Positions 50,427-61,280 of a stretch of DNA of 64,000 nt are shown here, one piece after another. A model generated the notes under the pieces. It searched no databases and was not told the origin of the DNA. It saw only the letters and a program-made list of their open reading frames with translations. The stretch comes from an uncultured Candidatus Rokubacteria bacterium (GTDB lineage: Bacteria; Methylomirabilota; Methylomirabilia; Rokubacteriales; DASRDR01). The stretch covers positions 1-64,000 of the forward strand of contig CAVPSB010000024.1 of the NCBI GenBank assembly GCA_963708025.1. Direction: 5' to 3'. The stretch's first letter is position 1; each line of letters starts with the position of its first letter. The position numbers were made by a program, and so were the translations under genes.

Positions 50427-51894
50427 CGGCGCGCGAGCGCGGCCAGGAGCTTCTCGATGAACCCACCGAAGGCCCCGTTCGACATGACCAGGACGACGTC
50501 GCCGGGCGCAGCGTCGCCGGCCACTTCCACGACGAGCGCGTCCGCCTCCGCCGCGGCCGCCGCGTCGATCCCCCGAGCCCGGAGCGCCGTGGTCAGCCGG
50601 GACACGTCGAGCCGCTGGTCGGCCGGCACCTTGTCGTGGGGCTCGGGGACCTTCAGCCGGACGCGCGCCGCGCCGGCGAGCGCCTCGGCGTACTCCGCCT
50701 GGTGGATGTTGCGGCGGCTCGTGTTCGAGCGCGGCTCGAACACCGCCCAGAGCCGGCGGGCCGGGTAGCGGCGCGCGGATGGCGGCGATCGTCTCGCGGA
50801 CGGCGGTCGGGTGGTGGGCGAAGTCGTCGATCACCAGGACGCCGCCGACCTCGGCCCGCACCTCCTGGCGCCGCTTGACGCCCTGGAACGTCGCCAAGCC
50901 CCGGCCGGATCTCGTCGAACGCGAGGCCCAGGCCCCGGACCGCCGCCACGACGCCGAGGGCGTTCTCGACGTTGTGGGCGCCGCCCAGCGGGAGCATGCG
51001 CCTCGCCCGAGCGTCGCGCCGGCCTCGACGACCTCGAAGCGCGCGCCGTCCGGGCCGAGCGCGAGGTCCGCGGGCGACGTACGTCGGCCGACCGTCCCGC
51101 CGTACGTCACCACGCGGGCCGCGGCCGGCCCGGGCGATCCGGACGGCGTTCGGGATAGGCGGCGCTGACGGCCAGGAGGCCGTCGGCGGGGAGCAGCCGG
51201 ACGAACCGCTCGAAGGCCGACTCGTAGTGGGCGAGGTCCCGGTAGATGTCGGCGTGGTCGAACTCGACGCTGGTGAGGATCGCCGTCCGCGGCCGGTAGT
51301 GGAGGAACTTCGGCCCCTTGTCGAAGTACGCGGTGTCGTACTCGTCGCCCTCGACCACGAAGTGCGGCCCGCCGCCCAGCCGGTAGTTCGCGGCGTAGTT
51401 CCGGGTGACGCCGCCGACGAGGAACGACGGGTCGCGCCCGGCCGCCGACCAGCACGTGGCCCAGCAGCGCGGAGGTCGTGGTCTTCCCGTGGGTCCCGGC
51501 CACGACCACCGAGTGGCGGTCGCGGAGGAAGAAGCGCGCCGAGCGCGGCCGGGAAGCTCATCTGGGGCAGCCGGCGGGCGCGCACCTCGGTGGCCTCGGG
51601 GTTGACCCGGCGGATGACGTTGCCGATGACGACCAGGTCCGGCTTCGCCGCGTCGAGGTTGGCCGGGCGCGTACGGCGTCAGCACCGGGATGCCCCACGC
51701 CGCCAGCATGTCGCTCATCGGCGGGTAGACGTTCTCGATCGCTGCCGGTGACCTCGTAGCCCGCGGCCTTCAGCATCCCCGCGAAGGAGCCCATCCCGAT
51801 CCCGGCGACGCCGACGAGGTGGATCCGGTGGACGCTCGCCGGGTCGATGTCGGCGAGAACCCGGCCGTCGTCCGGCGGCCGCGTCAGGCGGCAC
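50423..51894 (-). CDS. mpl: Murein peptide ligase; several frameshifts
   Basis: IHLVGVAGIGMG, YPPMSD, AGTHGKTTTS, VEGDEYDTAYFDK, IDDFAHHPT, FEPRSNT, MSNGAFGG. Confidence 0.85.
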
Positions 51895-53048
51895 CGCCGA
51901 GCGCCTCCATCACGGCGTCGTGGAAGCGGGGACGGAACCCGCGGATCCGCGTGTTGGCCCGTCCGAGCGCGGTGCGGTTGGTGCACAGCGCCACGACGAG
52001 CCGCGCGGGCGAGGTCGATCCAGAGGCTCACCCCGGTGAAGCCGAGGTGGCCCACCGCGCCGGGCGGCGCCTGCCCGAGCCAGCGGCCCGCGGAGGCGTC
52101 CGCCGTCGGGTCGCCCGGCCGGTGCGTGTCGAAGCCGAGGGCCCGCGTGCTGCCAGGAGTCGCGGCGTCCCGCTCGAGCGCGCGCGCCCAGAGCCCGGGC
52201 GCCGCCAGCCGGGCCTGCCCGCCCACGTCGTCGAGCACCGCCTGGCCGAAGGCGGCGACGTCGCCGGCGGTGCCGAAGAGCCCGGCGTGCCCGGCCACAC
52301 CATCCATCGCCCAGGCGTTGTCGTCGTCCACCTCGCCGGGGCGCGAGGGCCGCCGCTCGATGGAGGTCCACCGCCCTTCCTGGCCGGGGGCCGGCTCGCG
52401 GGGGCGGGTGAACCCGGTGGGCGCGATCGGACCGGCCGCAGCCGCCGAGGACGGCGCCGAGAGCCGGCGAAAGTGAGTGGTGAGCCCGAGCGGCGCCACC
52501 ACCCGCTCGGTGACGACCGCGTCGAGCGGCGCCCCGGCGGCGACCGACAGGATCTCGCCCAGCACGACGAAGCCGACATCGCTGTACACGGGGCGCGTCC
52601 GGGGCGGCGCCTCCAGGGGCGTGGCGAGGGCTTCGGCCACCGCCGCCTGCCGGGCCCGCGCCCGGGTGTCGGCCGGGCAGTCGGCGTCGAAGAGCCGGGA
52701 CGACCCCCGCATGACGGGCTCGAAGAACGGGACGAACGCCGGGAGCCCGGCGCGGTGGGCGAGCAGGTCGGCCAGGGTGACGCCGGCTCGGCCCAGCGCC
52801 GCGGTCGGCGCGAACCGGGCCACCGGCGTCTCCGGCTCGAGCTTCCCGTGGTGCCAGAGCGAGAGGAAGGCCGCGGTCGTGCCCATGACCTTCGTCAGGG
52901 AGGCGAGGTCGAAGACCGTGCCGGCCGTCGCTCCGCCGGCGCCGCCCTCGAAGACCCGCGCGCCCCGCGCGAGCACGACCGCCCGCGCGCACGGAAAGAC
53001 CCCGGACGCCACCCCCTCGTCGAGCAGACCCTGGAGCCGCTCGCTCAC
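51884..53048 (-). CDS. Serine hydrolase (beta-lactamase/class C-like fold); frameshift near 52005
   Basis: FDLASLTK (SxxK), YSD, GEVDDDNA, GHAGLF, GHLGFTG. Confidence 0.85.
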
Positions 53049-53974
53049 GACACCGGAGAGGCGACCGCCGGCTCCAGCATCTCGAGCGTGCCGGCGCTGG
53101 CGTCGAGCCGCGCCCGGCAGCCGAGGGGGACCGGCGCGTTCACCGCGCCGTGGCCGATCGGCAGACCGCCGACGCACGGCAGGCCGGTCTCCGCCACCAG
53201 CGCCGCCAGCACCTCCGCGCTGCCGTAGTCGGCGTCCGGCTCCTCGCAGCCGGTGAAGTCGCCGAGGGCGAGGCCGCGCACTCGCTCGAACACGCCGGCC
53301 AGCGCGAGATGGGTCCACATGCGGTCGAGGCGGTAGGGCCGCTCGCCCACGTCCTCGAGCAGCAGGATCGCCCCGTCGAGGGCCGGCAGGTAGCGCGTGC
53401 CGAGGAGGCGGGTGAGGACCGAGAGGTTGCCGCCGAGAAGCGGCCCCTCGGCCAGCCCGCCCGCCAGCGGCGTGCCCCGGAGCGGTGGCGCCGGCGCCCC
53501 CGGTGACTCGAGGAGGTGGACGAGCCGGTCCACGACGGCGGGAGGCTGGGTGCCGAGCTGGGTCACCACCGGGCCGTGGATGCTCACCCAGCCGGCGGCC
53601 TGGAGCGCCGCGTGGAGCGCGGTGATGTCCGAGAAGCCGACCACGAGCTTCGGGGGGAAGCCGGCGGCCTGGAGCTTCGGCCAGAGCCCGGCGAGGAGTC
53701 GCAGCGTGCCGTAGCCGCCGCGGGCGGCGACGATCGCCTTCACCGAGTCGTCGCTGAGCGCGGCGGTCAGCTCGTCGAGCCGCCGGGAGTCGTCGCCGGC
53801 CAGGTACCGCGTCCCGACGAAGCAGCCCTCGTCGAAGACCGGCCGGTACCGCTCGGACAGTACCCGGAGGCCAGCCTCGAAGCTCGGGCGATCGAACGGG
53901 CTGGCCGGCGCGATGACGGCGATCCGGTCTCCGGGCCGCAGCCCGGGCGGCCGCGTGAAGGGATCGGCGCCCAT
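53045..53974 (-). CDS. ldcA: LD-carboxypeptidase (S66)
   Basis: ARGGYG, GFSDIT, GGNL, LEDVGE, IGHG. Confidence 0.9.
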   Translation of the reverse strand: MGADPFTRPPGLRPGDRIAVIAPASPFDRPSFEAGLRVLSERYRPVFDEGCFVGTRYLAGDDSRRLDELTAALSDDSVKAIVAARGGYGTLRLLAGLWPKLQAAGFPPKLVVGFSDITALHAALQAAGWVSIHGPVVTQLGTQPPAVVDRLVHLLESPGAPAPPLRGTPLAGGLAEGPLLGGNLSVLTRLLGTRYLPALDGAILLLEDVGERPYRLDRMWTHLALAGVFERVRGLALGDFTGCEEPDADYGSAEVLAALVAETGLPCVGGLPIGHGAVNAPVPLGCRARLDASAGTLEMLEPAVASPVS

Positions 53975-54061
53975 GCCGCTCACTCTAGCAGCCCGCGCGG
54001 TGGCGGCCAAGCTTCCCCGCGCCCGGCCGGCATATAATGGCGGCGAACCCGAGGAGGGGCC

Positions 54062-54556
54062 ATGAACAGCGAGATTCTCGGCTCGATGTACGAGTACGGC
54101 GTGTGGGCGAACGAGCGGCTGCTCGCGCTGGCGGCGACGCTGACCGACGAGCAGCTCGGGCGGCGCTGGTCCCAGGGCTACGATTCGATCCACCAGACCT
54201 TCGTGCACCTCCTGGGCGCCGATCGCCGGTGGTTCGCCCGGTGGAAGGAGGAGACCCTGCCGCCCATGGCCACCACGCAGGAGCTCCCGAGCCTCGCCGC
54301 CATCCGGGAGGCGTGGACGCCGCTGATCGCCGAGCGCCGGCGCTACATCGCCGGCCTCACGGAGGACGGCCTCCGGCAGGCCATCCACGGGCGGACCCTC
54401 GACGGCCAGCCCTACGAGCTGGCCCGCTGGCAGGGCATCCTCCAGTGCGCGAATCACGCTACCCAGCACCGGAGCGAGATCGCCGCGATGCTGACCGACG
54501 CCGGCCACTCCCCGGGCGACCTCGACTACGCGCTCTTCTGCCGCACGGCCCGGTAG
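54062..54556 (+). CDS. DinB family protein
   Basis: WANERL, SIHQTFVH, NHATQHRSE; upstream TATAAT and RBS. Confidence 0.85.
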   Translation: MNSEILGSMYEYGVWANERLLALAATLTDEQLGRRWSQGYDSIHQTFVHLLGADRRWFARWKEETLPPMATTQELPSLAAIREAWTPLIAERRRYIAGLTEDGLRQAIHGRTLDGQPYELARWQGILQCANHATQHRSEIAAMLTDAGHSPGDLDYALFCRTAR

Positions 54557-54598
54557 CCGTCGCGGGGCGCCGCGCCCCCCGGAGTGGACTGCCCGACC

Positions 54599-55066
54599 AT
54601 GAACGCGCGACCGCTGCTCGAGCGCCTCGCCCGGGCCCTTGCCACGCGGCGTCTGGACGTCGTGCTCGTCGGCAACGCGGCCGCCGCGCTCCAGGGCGCG
54701 CCGGTAACGACGCTCGATTTCGATTTCATGTTCCGCAAGACGAGCGGCAACCTGAGAAAGCTCCGGGCGGTGGCGCGGGACCTCGGGGCGATGCTGCTGA
54801 CCCCGTACTACCCGGCGTCCGAGCTCTTCCGCCTCGTCAACGACGACCTGGGGCTCCAGGCGGACTTCATGCCGCGGCTCGACGGCGTGCGCTCGTTCGA
54901 GAGCCTGCGGGCCCGCGCCAGCACGGCGCGCCTGGGCGACGCGTCGCTGCTCGTCGCGGACCTGCGCGACGTGATCCGGAGCAAGCGAGCGGCCGGCCGG
55001 GCGCGGGACCGCGCGGTTCTGCCGGTCCTGGAGGCGACCCTCCGTGAAAAAGGGACAGCCCGCTAG
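54599..55066 (+). CDS. Nucleotidyltransferase-like protein
   Basis: LVGNAAAALQG..TLDFDF and SKRAAGRARD motifs. Confidence 0.75.
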   Translation: MNARPLLERLARALATRRLDVVLVGNAAAALQGAPVTTLDFDFMFRKTSGNLRKLRAVARDLGAMLLTPYYPASELFRLVNDDLGLQADFMPRLDGVRSFESLRARASTARLGDASLLVADLRDVIRSKRAAGRARDRAVLPVLEATLREKGTAR

Positions 55067-55211
55067 ACCATCGAAGAGGCCCCGCTCCGCGCTTCGGCGC
55101 GAGAGCGAGCGGGCCCTGCGCGAGCAGATCCGCCGGCTCCTCGCCCGGCCGATGCACGAGCGCACCCACTTCCTGCGGGTCCGGCTTCCCGGCGGAGGCT
55201 CGACGCTCTGA
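55044..55211 (+). CDS. 55-aa basic hypothetical protein overlapping the NTase 3' end (absent from the ORF track)
   Basis: GTG start; MKKGQPARPSKRPRSALRRESERALREQIRRLLARPMHERTHFLRVRLPGGGSTL*; host-like codons. Confidence 0.6.
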   Translation: MKKGQPARPSKRPRSALRRESERALREQIRRLLARPMHERTHFLRVRLPGGGSTL

Positions 55212-55267
55212 GGATCGTCCACGCGACGTTTCCCGCACGGCCGTCACACGCGAGTACGTCACTTGCG

Positions 55268-55779
55268 TCACGCACTCAGCTTTGCAGAAGCATCCCTCTC
55301 GTCTCGGCCGGCTTCGGCCGCCACGTCCCGACCGTGGCGGGAGCGGACGCTGTCAGGGACCTCGCCAGCGAGCGGAGGTCGCAGAGTCGGGCGCATTCTT
55401 CCACCAAGTGCCCTGTACCCGGCGTTCGCGAACCGCTCCGCCAAGCGGCATGACTCCAGGCAGTCGTAGAGCCGGGGATGGTATTGATGAAGCCATGCGT
55501 GCACGAACTCGTGAAGGTAGACCTGCGTCAGAGACGCCGGCGTGCAGTGAATGCAAGGCGAGATGGTGATGTGCCCATAGGTGTAGCGACCCGTCGTGAC
55601 CACCTGTCCAGCCGGGACACGACGCTCGCGGCGGATGGTGATGCGCAACGTCTTAGCCGGGTACATGCCGAGGTCATCGGCCACCACCCCGGCAAGATGC
55701 CCCCGAGGGACATCGCCGCCGCGAGTTCCTCCCACAGTCGCCGGGGAACAGGCAAGGAGCTCGAATTCCTGAAGCGCAT
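55268..55779 (-). CDS. Hypothetical HExxH zincin-like protein; probable frameshift near 55700
   Basis: RBS gggagg plus ATG at 55779 (MRFRNSS); YLHEFVHAW in the 55268..55735 frame; atypical codons. Confidence 0.5.
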
Positions 55780-55826
55780 CGGACCTCCCCGCGTCCCTTG
55801 GTGGCGCGGGCTGTGGGTGGCCCCCG

Positions 55827-57412
55827 TCAGACCCGGCGGAGGGCGCGGCCGGGGAGGGCGCCGGTGTGGCGGTCCCCGTCCTTCACCAGCACGCCGTTGA
55901 CCGCGACGTACGGGATGCCGAGCGGGTGCTGGCGTGGGTTCTCGTAGGTCGCGGTGTCCTGCACCGTGTCCGGGTCGAAGCAGACGACGTCGGCGGCCGC
56001 CCCCACCCGGATCAGCCCGCGATCGAGGAAGCCGAGGCGCTGGCACGGGAGCGAGGTCATGTGCCGCACCATCTCTTCGAGCCGGATGAGCCCGAGCTTG
56101 CGCACGAACTCGGCGAGGTAGCGGGCGAAGGTGCCCCAGGCGCGGGGGTGCGGGCGCTGGCCGATGGTGATGCCGTCGCTCCCCGCGGTGTGGGCCGGGT
56201 GCTGCATGATCGCGTGCACGTTCTCCTCGTTCCCGCGAGAAGGTGAGCGAGCCGACGCCGAGCCGCTCGGCGATCAGGAGGTCGCAGTAGAAGTCGAACG
56301 GGTCGCGGCCGGCGCGGGCCGCCGCGTCCCGGATGCTGAGGCCCACGTACGGGCGGTTGGCCTCCAGGCTGGCCCCGGCGATGACGACGATGCCCCAGTC
56401 CATGGGCATCCCGTTGAACCCGTCCGAGCCCTTCTCCATGTCCGCCCGGATCCGGGCCCGCGCCGATGGGTCGCGCAGCCGCTCGAGCAAGGCCGGGCCG
56501 CCGCCGGCGTGGGCCCAGCTCGGCACCGCGGCGTGGAGGTAGCTCATGCCGGCCAGGTACGGGTAGGTGTCCATCGTCACCTCGAGCCCGCCGGCCCGGG
56601 CGCGATCGATCATGGCCAGCAGCTCGCCGGCCCGCCCGCGGTTCACGGGGAAGTTCATCAGCGCGTGGGTGAGGTGGACCGGCACGCCGGCCCGGCGCCC
56701 GATCTCCAGGCTCGCCGCGTAGGCTTCGAGCGCCCGGGCGCCGTAGTTCCGGTGGTGCGGCTGGTAGTGGCCGCCGAAGGGCCGGATCGCCTCGCACAGG
56801 GCCACCACCTCGTCGTCGGTGGCGTAGCAGGCCGGCGTGTAGGTCAGGCCGGCCGAGAGACCGACCGCGCCCTCCCGCATGCCCTGGGTTACCACCGCCT
56901 GCATGCGCGAGAGCTCGTCGGCGCTCGGCGCCCGGTCGTCCAGCCCCAGCACCGCCATCCGGACGGTGCCGTGGGGGATCAGCATGGCGACGTTCGGGGC
57001 GACGCGGCGGTCGAAGCGGGCCAGGTACTCGCCGACGGTGGACCAGTCCCGGGCCACCCTCGGTCCCGGCCCGTTCCAGCCCATGAGCTGCTGGTGGAGC
57101 ACCTCGCGGGTGGCGTCGGTCACCGGGGCCAGCCCGAGCCCGTCCTGGCCGAGCACCTCGAGCGTCACGCCCTGCATGATCTTGCATTCCCACGTCGGCT
57201 CGGCGAGGAGCGCCAGGTCCGAGTGGGTGTGCATGTCGACGAAGCCCGGGCAGACCGCCAGGCCGTCCGCGTCGATCGTGCGCGTGCGCCGACTCGCGGT
57301 CGAGCCGGCCGACCGCCGCGATGCGGTCGCCGCGGATGCCCACGTCGGCGCGGTACCAGGGGTTGCCGGTTCCGTCGATCACCCGGCCGTTCCGGATCAG
57401 CAGGTCGAGCAC
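55827..57412 (-). CDS. N-acyl-D-amino-acid deacylase (D-aminoacylase); frameshifts near 57285 and 56235
   Basis: VIDGTGNP, PGFVDMHTHSD, MDTYPY, GSDG, HPRAWGTF. Confidence 0.88.
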
Positions 57413-57434
57413 GATGGGCTCCTCTCGCGGAATG

Positions 57435-57520
57435 TTGGGGTCAGACCCTCCGGCTCCCCCCTCCCCCCAGTGGGTGGGGGAGGGGGGCCGGGGGGGGGGA
57501 GGGAGGTCCGGAAATCTCAG
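57435..57520. repeat. Family A repeat (reverse orientation)
   Basis: cctccggctcccccctccccccagtgggtgggggagggggg...gggaggtcc..ctcag. Confidence 0.8.
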
Positions 57521-58281
57521 AGCACGCGCCGTCCGATGTACAGCGCCGCCGCGTTCACTGTCAAGGCCGCCGCCGTCGCGACGAGGTAGGTCACGCCGAT
57601 CCCCAGCCGATCCAGCACCGCGCCGACCGCCAGGAAGAACGCCGCGAACGCGAAGGAGCCGATCACCACCCAGCGCAGCAGGCGGGCGGCGGCGGCCGGC
57701 CCCTGCACGCGGTGCGTGAAGACCCCCATGACCAGCGCGAACACCGGGAACGGTGACAGGAAGCCCGTGAGCCTCGGCCCCAGCAGGGCGGCGACCGCCG
57801 TGAGCCCCAGCACCACCGCGGTGGCGGTCGCCATGCGCAGCGGCAGATCCCACCAGGGCGGCGCCGCCAGGCCGAGCGGCGCCGCCAGCCCCGGCATGGC
57901 GGCTGCGATGCCGGCCAGCAGCAGGCAGACGAGGCCGAAGGCGGGCACGACCGGCAGCGGGGCCTGCGCCAGCACCAGCGCGCTTGCGAAGAAGGTCGCC
58001 ACGCCGGCGACCATGCCCGCGAGCCACCCCACCCGCGGGGCCGCGCGGCTGTAGACCAGACAGAAGGCGGCCATCGCCGCGAGACCCAGGAGCGTGCCGA
58101 CGGCCGCCTGGGCGGCGAATCCCGGGCCCTGCTCGAGGGCGAGGAACACCGACACCGGCCCGGACGTCAGCGGGAATCCCGCCACCCACCCGCTGACCCC
58201 GGGACCCCACCGGCGCCCGGCGAGCGTGGCGCCGGCGATCAGGAGCGGCGTGATGACGAGCTTGAGCCCGAGCGCGCCCAC
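57517..58281 (-). CDS. Hypothetical multi-pass membrane protein
   Basis: RRWGP..GFPLTSGP and GP..TGFLSPFP internal duplication; ~8 hydrophobic segments. Confidence 0.7.
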   Translation of the reverse strand: MGALGLKLVITPLLIAGATLAGRRWGPGVSGWVAGFPLTSGPVSVFLALEQGPGFAAQAAVGTLLGLAAMAAFCLVYSRAAPRVGWLAGMVAGVATFFASALVLAQAPLPVVPAFGLVCLLLAGIAAAMPGLAAPLGLAAPPWWDLPLRMATATAVVLGLTAVAALLGPRLTGFLSPFPVFALVMGVFTHRVQGPAAAARLLRWVVIGSFAFAAFFLAVGAVLDRLGIGVTYLVATAAALTVNAAALYIGRRVL

Positions 58282-58314
58282 GCCGGCCAGCCCGGGATCC
58301 CCGGCGATGATCGG

Positions 58315-58791
58315 TTACCGCCGCGCGGGGTCGAGGAGGATGTCGACGGGCTGGACGCCGACGACCTTGATCAGCAGGTGCCAGGGACCGGGGCCGACCT
58401 CGGGGAGAGGGAAGTACGCCAGCGTGTTCCCGGCGACGCGGGGGCTGCCGCCCAGCGTCGTCCCGATGCCGATGCCGCCCCCGATCCCCACGCTCCCGCT
58501 CCCGCCGGCGCCACCGACGCCGAGCCCCAGGCTCAGGCCGCTGCCGCCCCGGGGACCCGGGTGCTCGATCGTCTGCGCCGGCACGGCGGCGCCGTCGGGA
58601 CGCAGGACCCGGACGTCTTCGAGACGGTAGCCGCGGGTGTCGATCTCGATCCGCAGGCGGTCGCCCACGATCTTGTAATCGGCCGAGATGGGGAACCCCG
58701 CCGGCTGCTGGGCGGGGGTGTACGGGAGGGTGGAGGCGGCGCAGCCGGCCAGCACGAGGGCGAGCGCGACGCCGCGCAGGCGGGGAGGCAT
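58315..58791 (-). CDS. Hypothetical lipoprotein with Gly-rich segment
   Basis: Lipobox LAGC. Confidence 0.65.
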   Translation of the reverse strand: MPPRLRGVALALVLAGCAASTLPYTPAQQPAGFPISADYKIVGDRLRIEIDTRGYRLEDVRVLRPDGAAVPAQTIEHPGPRGGSGLSLGLGVGGAGGSGSVGIGGGIGIGTTLGGSPRVAGNTLAYFPLPEVGPGPWHLLIKVVGVQPVDILLDPARR

Positions 58792-58795
58792 CGGC

Positions 58796-59879
58796 TTACC
58801 GGGGCCGGACGGCGTCGTGGCGGAGGGCGTGGTCGGCCAGGACCAGCGCGGCCATCGCCTCGACCATGGGCACCGCGCGCGGCAGCACGCACGGGTCGTG
58901 GCGGCCGCGGCCCTGGATCGTGGTCTCCTCGTGCCGGACGGTGACCGTGCGCTGCTCGTGGAGGATGGTCGCGGTCGGCTTGAACGCCACCCGGAAGTAG
59001 ATCGTCTCGCCGTCGCTGATGCCGCCCTGCACGCCGCCGCTCCGGTTGGTGCGGGTCCGGACGCGGTCCCCGTCCATGTAGTACTCGTCGTTGTGCTCGA
59101 GTCCCGGTGAGGTCGGTCCCCGCGAAGCCCGAGCCGATCTCGAAGCCCTTGCTCGCCGGGAGACTCATCACCGCCTTGGCGAGGTCCGCCTCCAGCCGGT
59201 CGAAGACGGGCTCGCCCCAGCCCGGCGGGCAGCCTCGCACGGCGCAGACGACCACGCCCCCCAGCGAGTTCCCGTCCTTGCGCGCGGCCTCCACCGCCGC
59301 GATCATCCGCTCGGCGACGGCGAGATCGGGGCAGCGGATCGGGGTCCGATCCACCTCGGCCCGGGTGACCTTCTCGAGGTCGCAGTCGGCCACCAGGCGG
59401 CCGACCTTGCCGACCCAGCCCACGATCTCGACGCCGTGGCGCTGCGCCAGGAGCTTCCGCGCGATGGCGCCGCCCGCGACACGCCCGGCGGTCTCGCGCG
59501 CGCTGGTCCGGCCGCCGCCCCGCCAGTCGCGCACGCCGTACTTGGCGTCGTAGGTGTAGTCGGCGTGGCTCGGGCGGTACTTCTCCCGCATCTCCGCGTA
59601 GTCGGCGGGACGCATGTCCTCGTTGGGGATGTGGAGGCCGATGGGCGTGCCCAGGGTCCGCCCCTCGAAGACGCCGCTCACGATGCGGACCGTGTCCGAC
59701 TCCTTGCGCTGGCTGGTGAGGAGGCTCTGGCCGGGCCGCCGGCGGTCCAGGTCGGGCTGGATGTCCGCCTCGGACAAGGGCAGGAGCGACGGACAGCCGT
59801 CCACCACGGCGCCGATCGCGCCGCCGTGGGACTCGCCCCAGGTGGTGACCCGGAAGAGCTGCCCGAAGGTGTTTCCCAT
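58796..59879 (-). CDS. aroC: Chorismate synthase; frameshift near 59100
   Basis: [34 protein letters not shown]. Confidence 0.95.
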
Positions 59880-59885
59880 GGCGAG

Positions 59886-60011
59886 TTCAGTCGGGCCGGG
59901 GGGGAGCTGGGCGCTCCATCCGGATCGCCGCGACGCCTCGGGCCTGCGGCCCTCGGGACGTCGCGCCCTTCCGGGGGCCCGGCCCCCCCCTCCGGATCCC
60001 TCCACGCTCAG
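59886..60011. repeat. Family B repeat
   Basis: Starts ttcagtcgggccgggggggagct like 39249; core shared in inverted form with 35221-35274; ends cgctcag. Confidence 0.7.
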
Positions 60012-60062
60012 GCTTCCCGGGCGATGGCTCCACGGCATCTCAGAATACCGCATTCGTGTACG

Positions 60063-60713
60063 ATGATCCCCGTGCCCCCGCGCGCGACGCCGCCGACCCT
60101 GGTCCTGCTCGTCCGGCACGGGCTGACGCCGACGACGGGGAAGGTCCTGCCCGGCCGGGCGCCCGGCCTCTCCCTCAGCGCGGCCGGGCGCCGCCAGGCC
60201 GAGGTGGCGGCGACGCGGCTCGGCCGGCTCGAGCGCCTCGCCGCCGTCTACGCCTCCCCGCTGGAGCGAGCGCGGGAGACGGCGGCGCCGATCGCCGCGG
60301 CCAAGAAGCTCCGGGTGCGGGTGGAGCCCGCGCTGATCGAGTTCGACGTCGGCGAGTGGACGGGCGGGCGGCTCCGTCGGCTCCGGAAGCGACCGGAGTG
60401 GCGGGTCATCCAGCACCATCCGAGCGGGTTCCGGTTCCCGGGCGGCGAGTCGTTCACCGAGATGCAGGCGCGGATGACCGCGGCCGTCGAGCGACTGGTC
60501 GCCCGCCACCCGGGCGAGACCGTCGTGGCGGTGTCCCACGGTGACCCGATCAAGGCGACGGTGGCCCACGCCCTGGGGACGCCGCTCGACCTGTTCCAGC
60601 GGATCGTCATCTCGCCGGGCTCGATCACCGCGATTGCCTACCACGTGGAGGGACCCGTGGTGCTGACCGTGAACTCGCTGGACGGCGACCTGGCCGGACT
60701 GCTCGGGCGATGA
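60063..60713 (+). CDS. Histidine phosphatase, MSMEG_4193 family (start may be GTG 60072)
   Basis: [32 protein letters not shown]. Confidence 0.85.
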   Translation: MIPVPPRATPPTLVLLVRHGLTPTTGKVLPGRAPGLSLSAAGRRQAEVAATRLGRLERLAAVYASPLERARETAAPIAAAKKLRVRVEPALIEFDVGEWTGGRLRRLRKRPEWRVIQHHPSGFRFPGGESFTEMQARMTAAVERLVARHPGETVVAVSHGDPIKATVAHALGTPLDLFQRIVISPGSITAIAYHVEGPVVLTVNSLDGDLAGLLGR

Positions 60714-61276
60714 GCCAGTCCTTCGACTTCAAGACCCCCGACTTCTTCACGACCGGCACCGTGGGTCCCCCCGGCCAGCGGGTCTTCTACCTGCAGGCGC
60801 GCGAGGACGGCGTCGTGCTCACCCTGAAGATCGAGAAGGAGCAGGTCGGCGCGCTGGCGGAGTACGTGGCCGGACTCCTCGCCAAGGTGCCGGGGGCGGC
60901 CCGGGCCGAGTCGGTCTCCCGGGACCTGGCGCTGCTCGAGCCCTTCACCCCCGCCTGGCCCGTCCGCTCCCTGGCGGTCGGCTACGACGAGTCCCGCGAT
61001 CGTGTGGTCATCGTGGCCGACGAGGAGCTGCGCGAGGACGAGGAGGAACGGGACGAGCAGGCCGGCGAGGCCCCCGAGGCCGCCGAGGCCCCCGAGGGGG
61101 TCGATCGGGCCTCGGCCCGGGTAGCGGTGAGCCGCGCGCAGGCCATGGTCTTCGTCGAGCGGGCCCGCGCGCTCGTGAAGGCCGGCCGGCCGGCCTGCCC
61201 GATCTGCAGCCGTCCCATTGACCCGGACGGGCACATCTGCCCGCGGCAGAACGGCGCCCGTCGCAACGCGACGTGA
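60710..61276 (+). CDS. DUF3090 family protein
   Basis: [42 protein letters not shown]. Confidence 0.9.
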   Translation: MSQSFDFKTPDFFTTGTVGPPGQRVFYLQAREDGVVLTLKIEKEQVGALAEYVAGLLAKVPGAARAESVSRDLALLEPFTPAWPVRSLAVGYDESRDRVVIVADEELREDEEERDEQAGEAPEAAEAPEGVDRASARVAVSRAQAMVFVERARALVKAGRPACPICSRPIDPDGHICPRQNGARRNAT

Positions 61277-61280
61277 GGCG

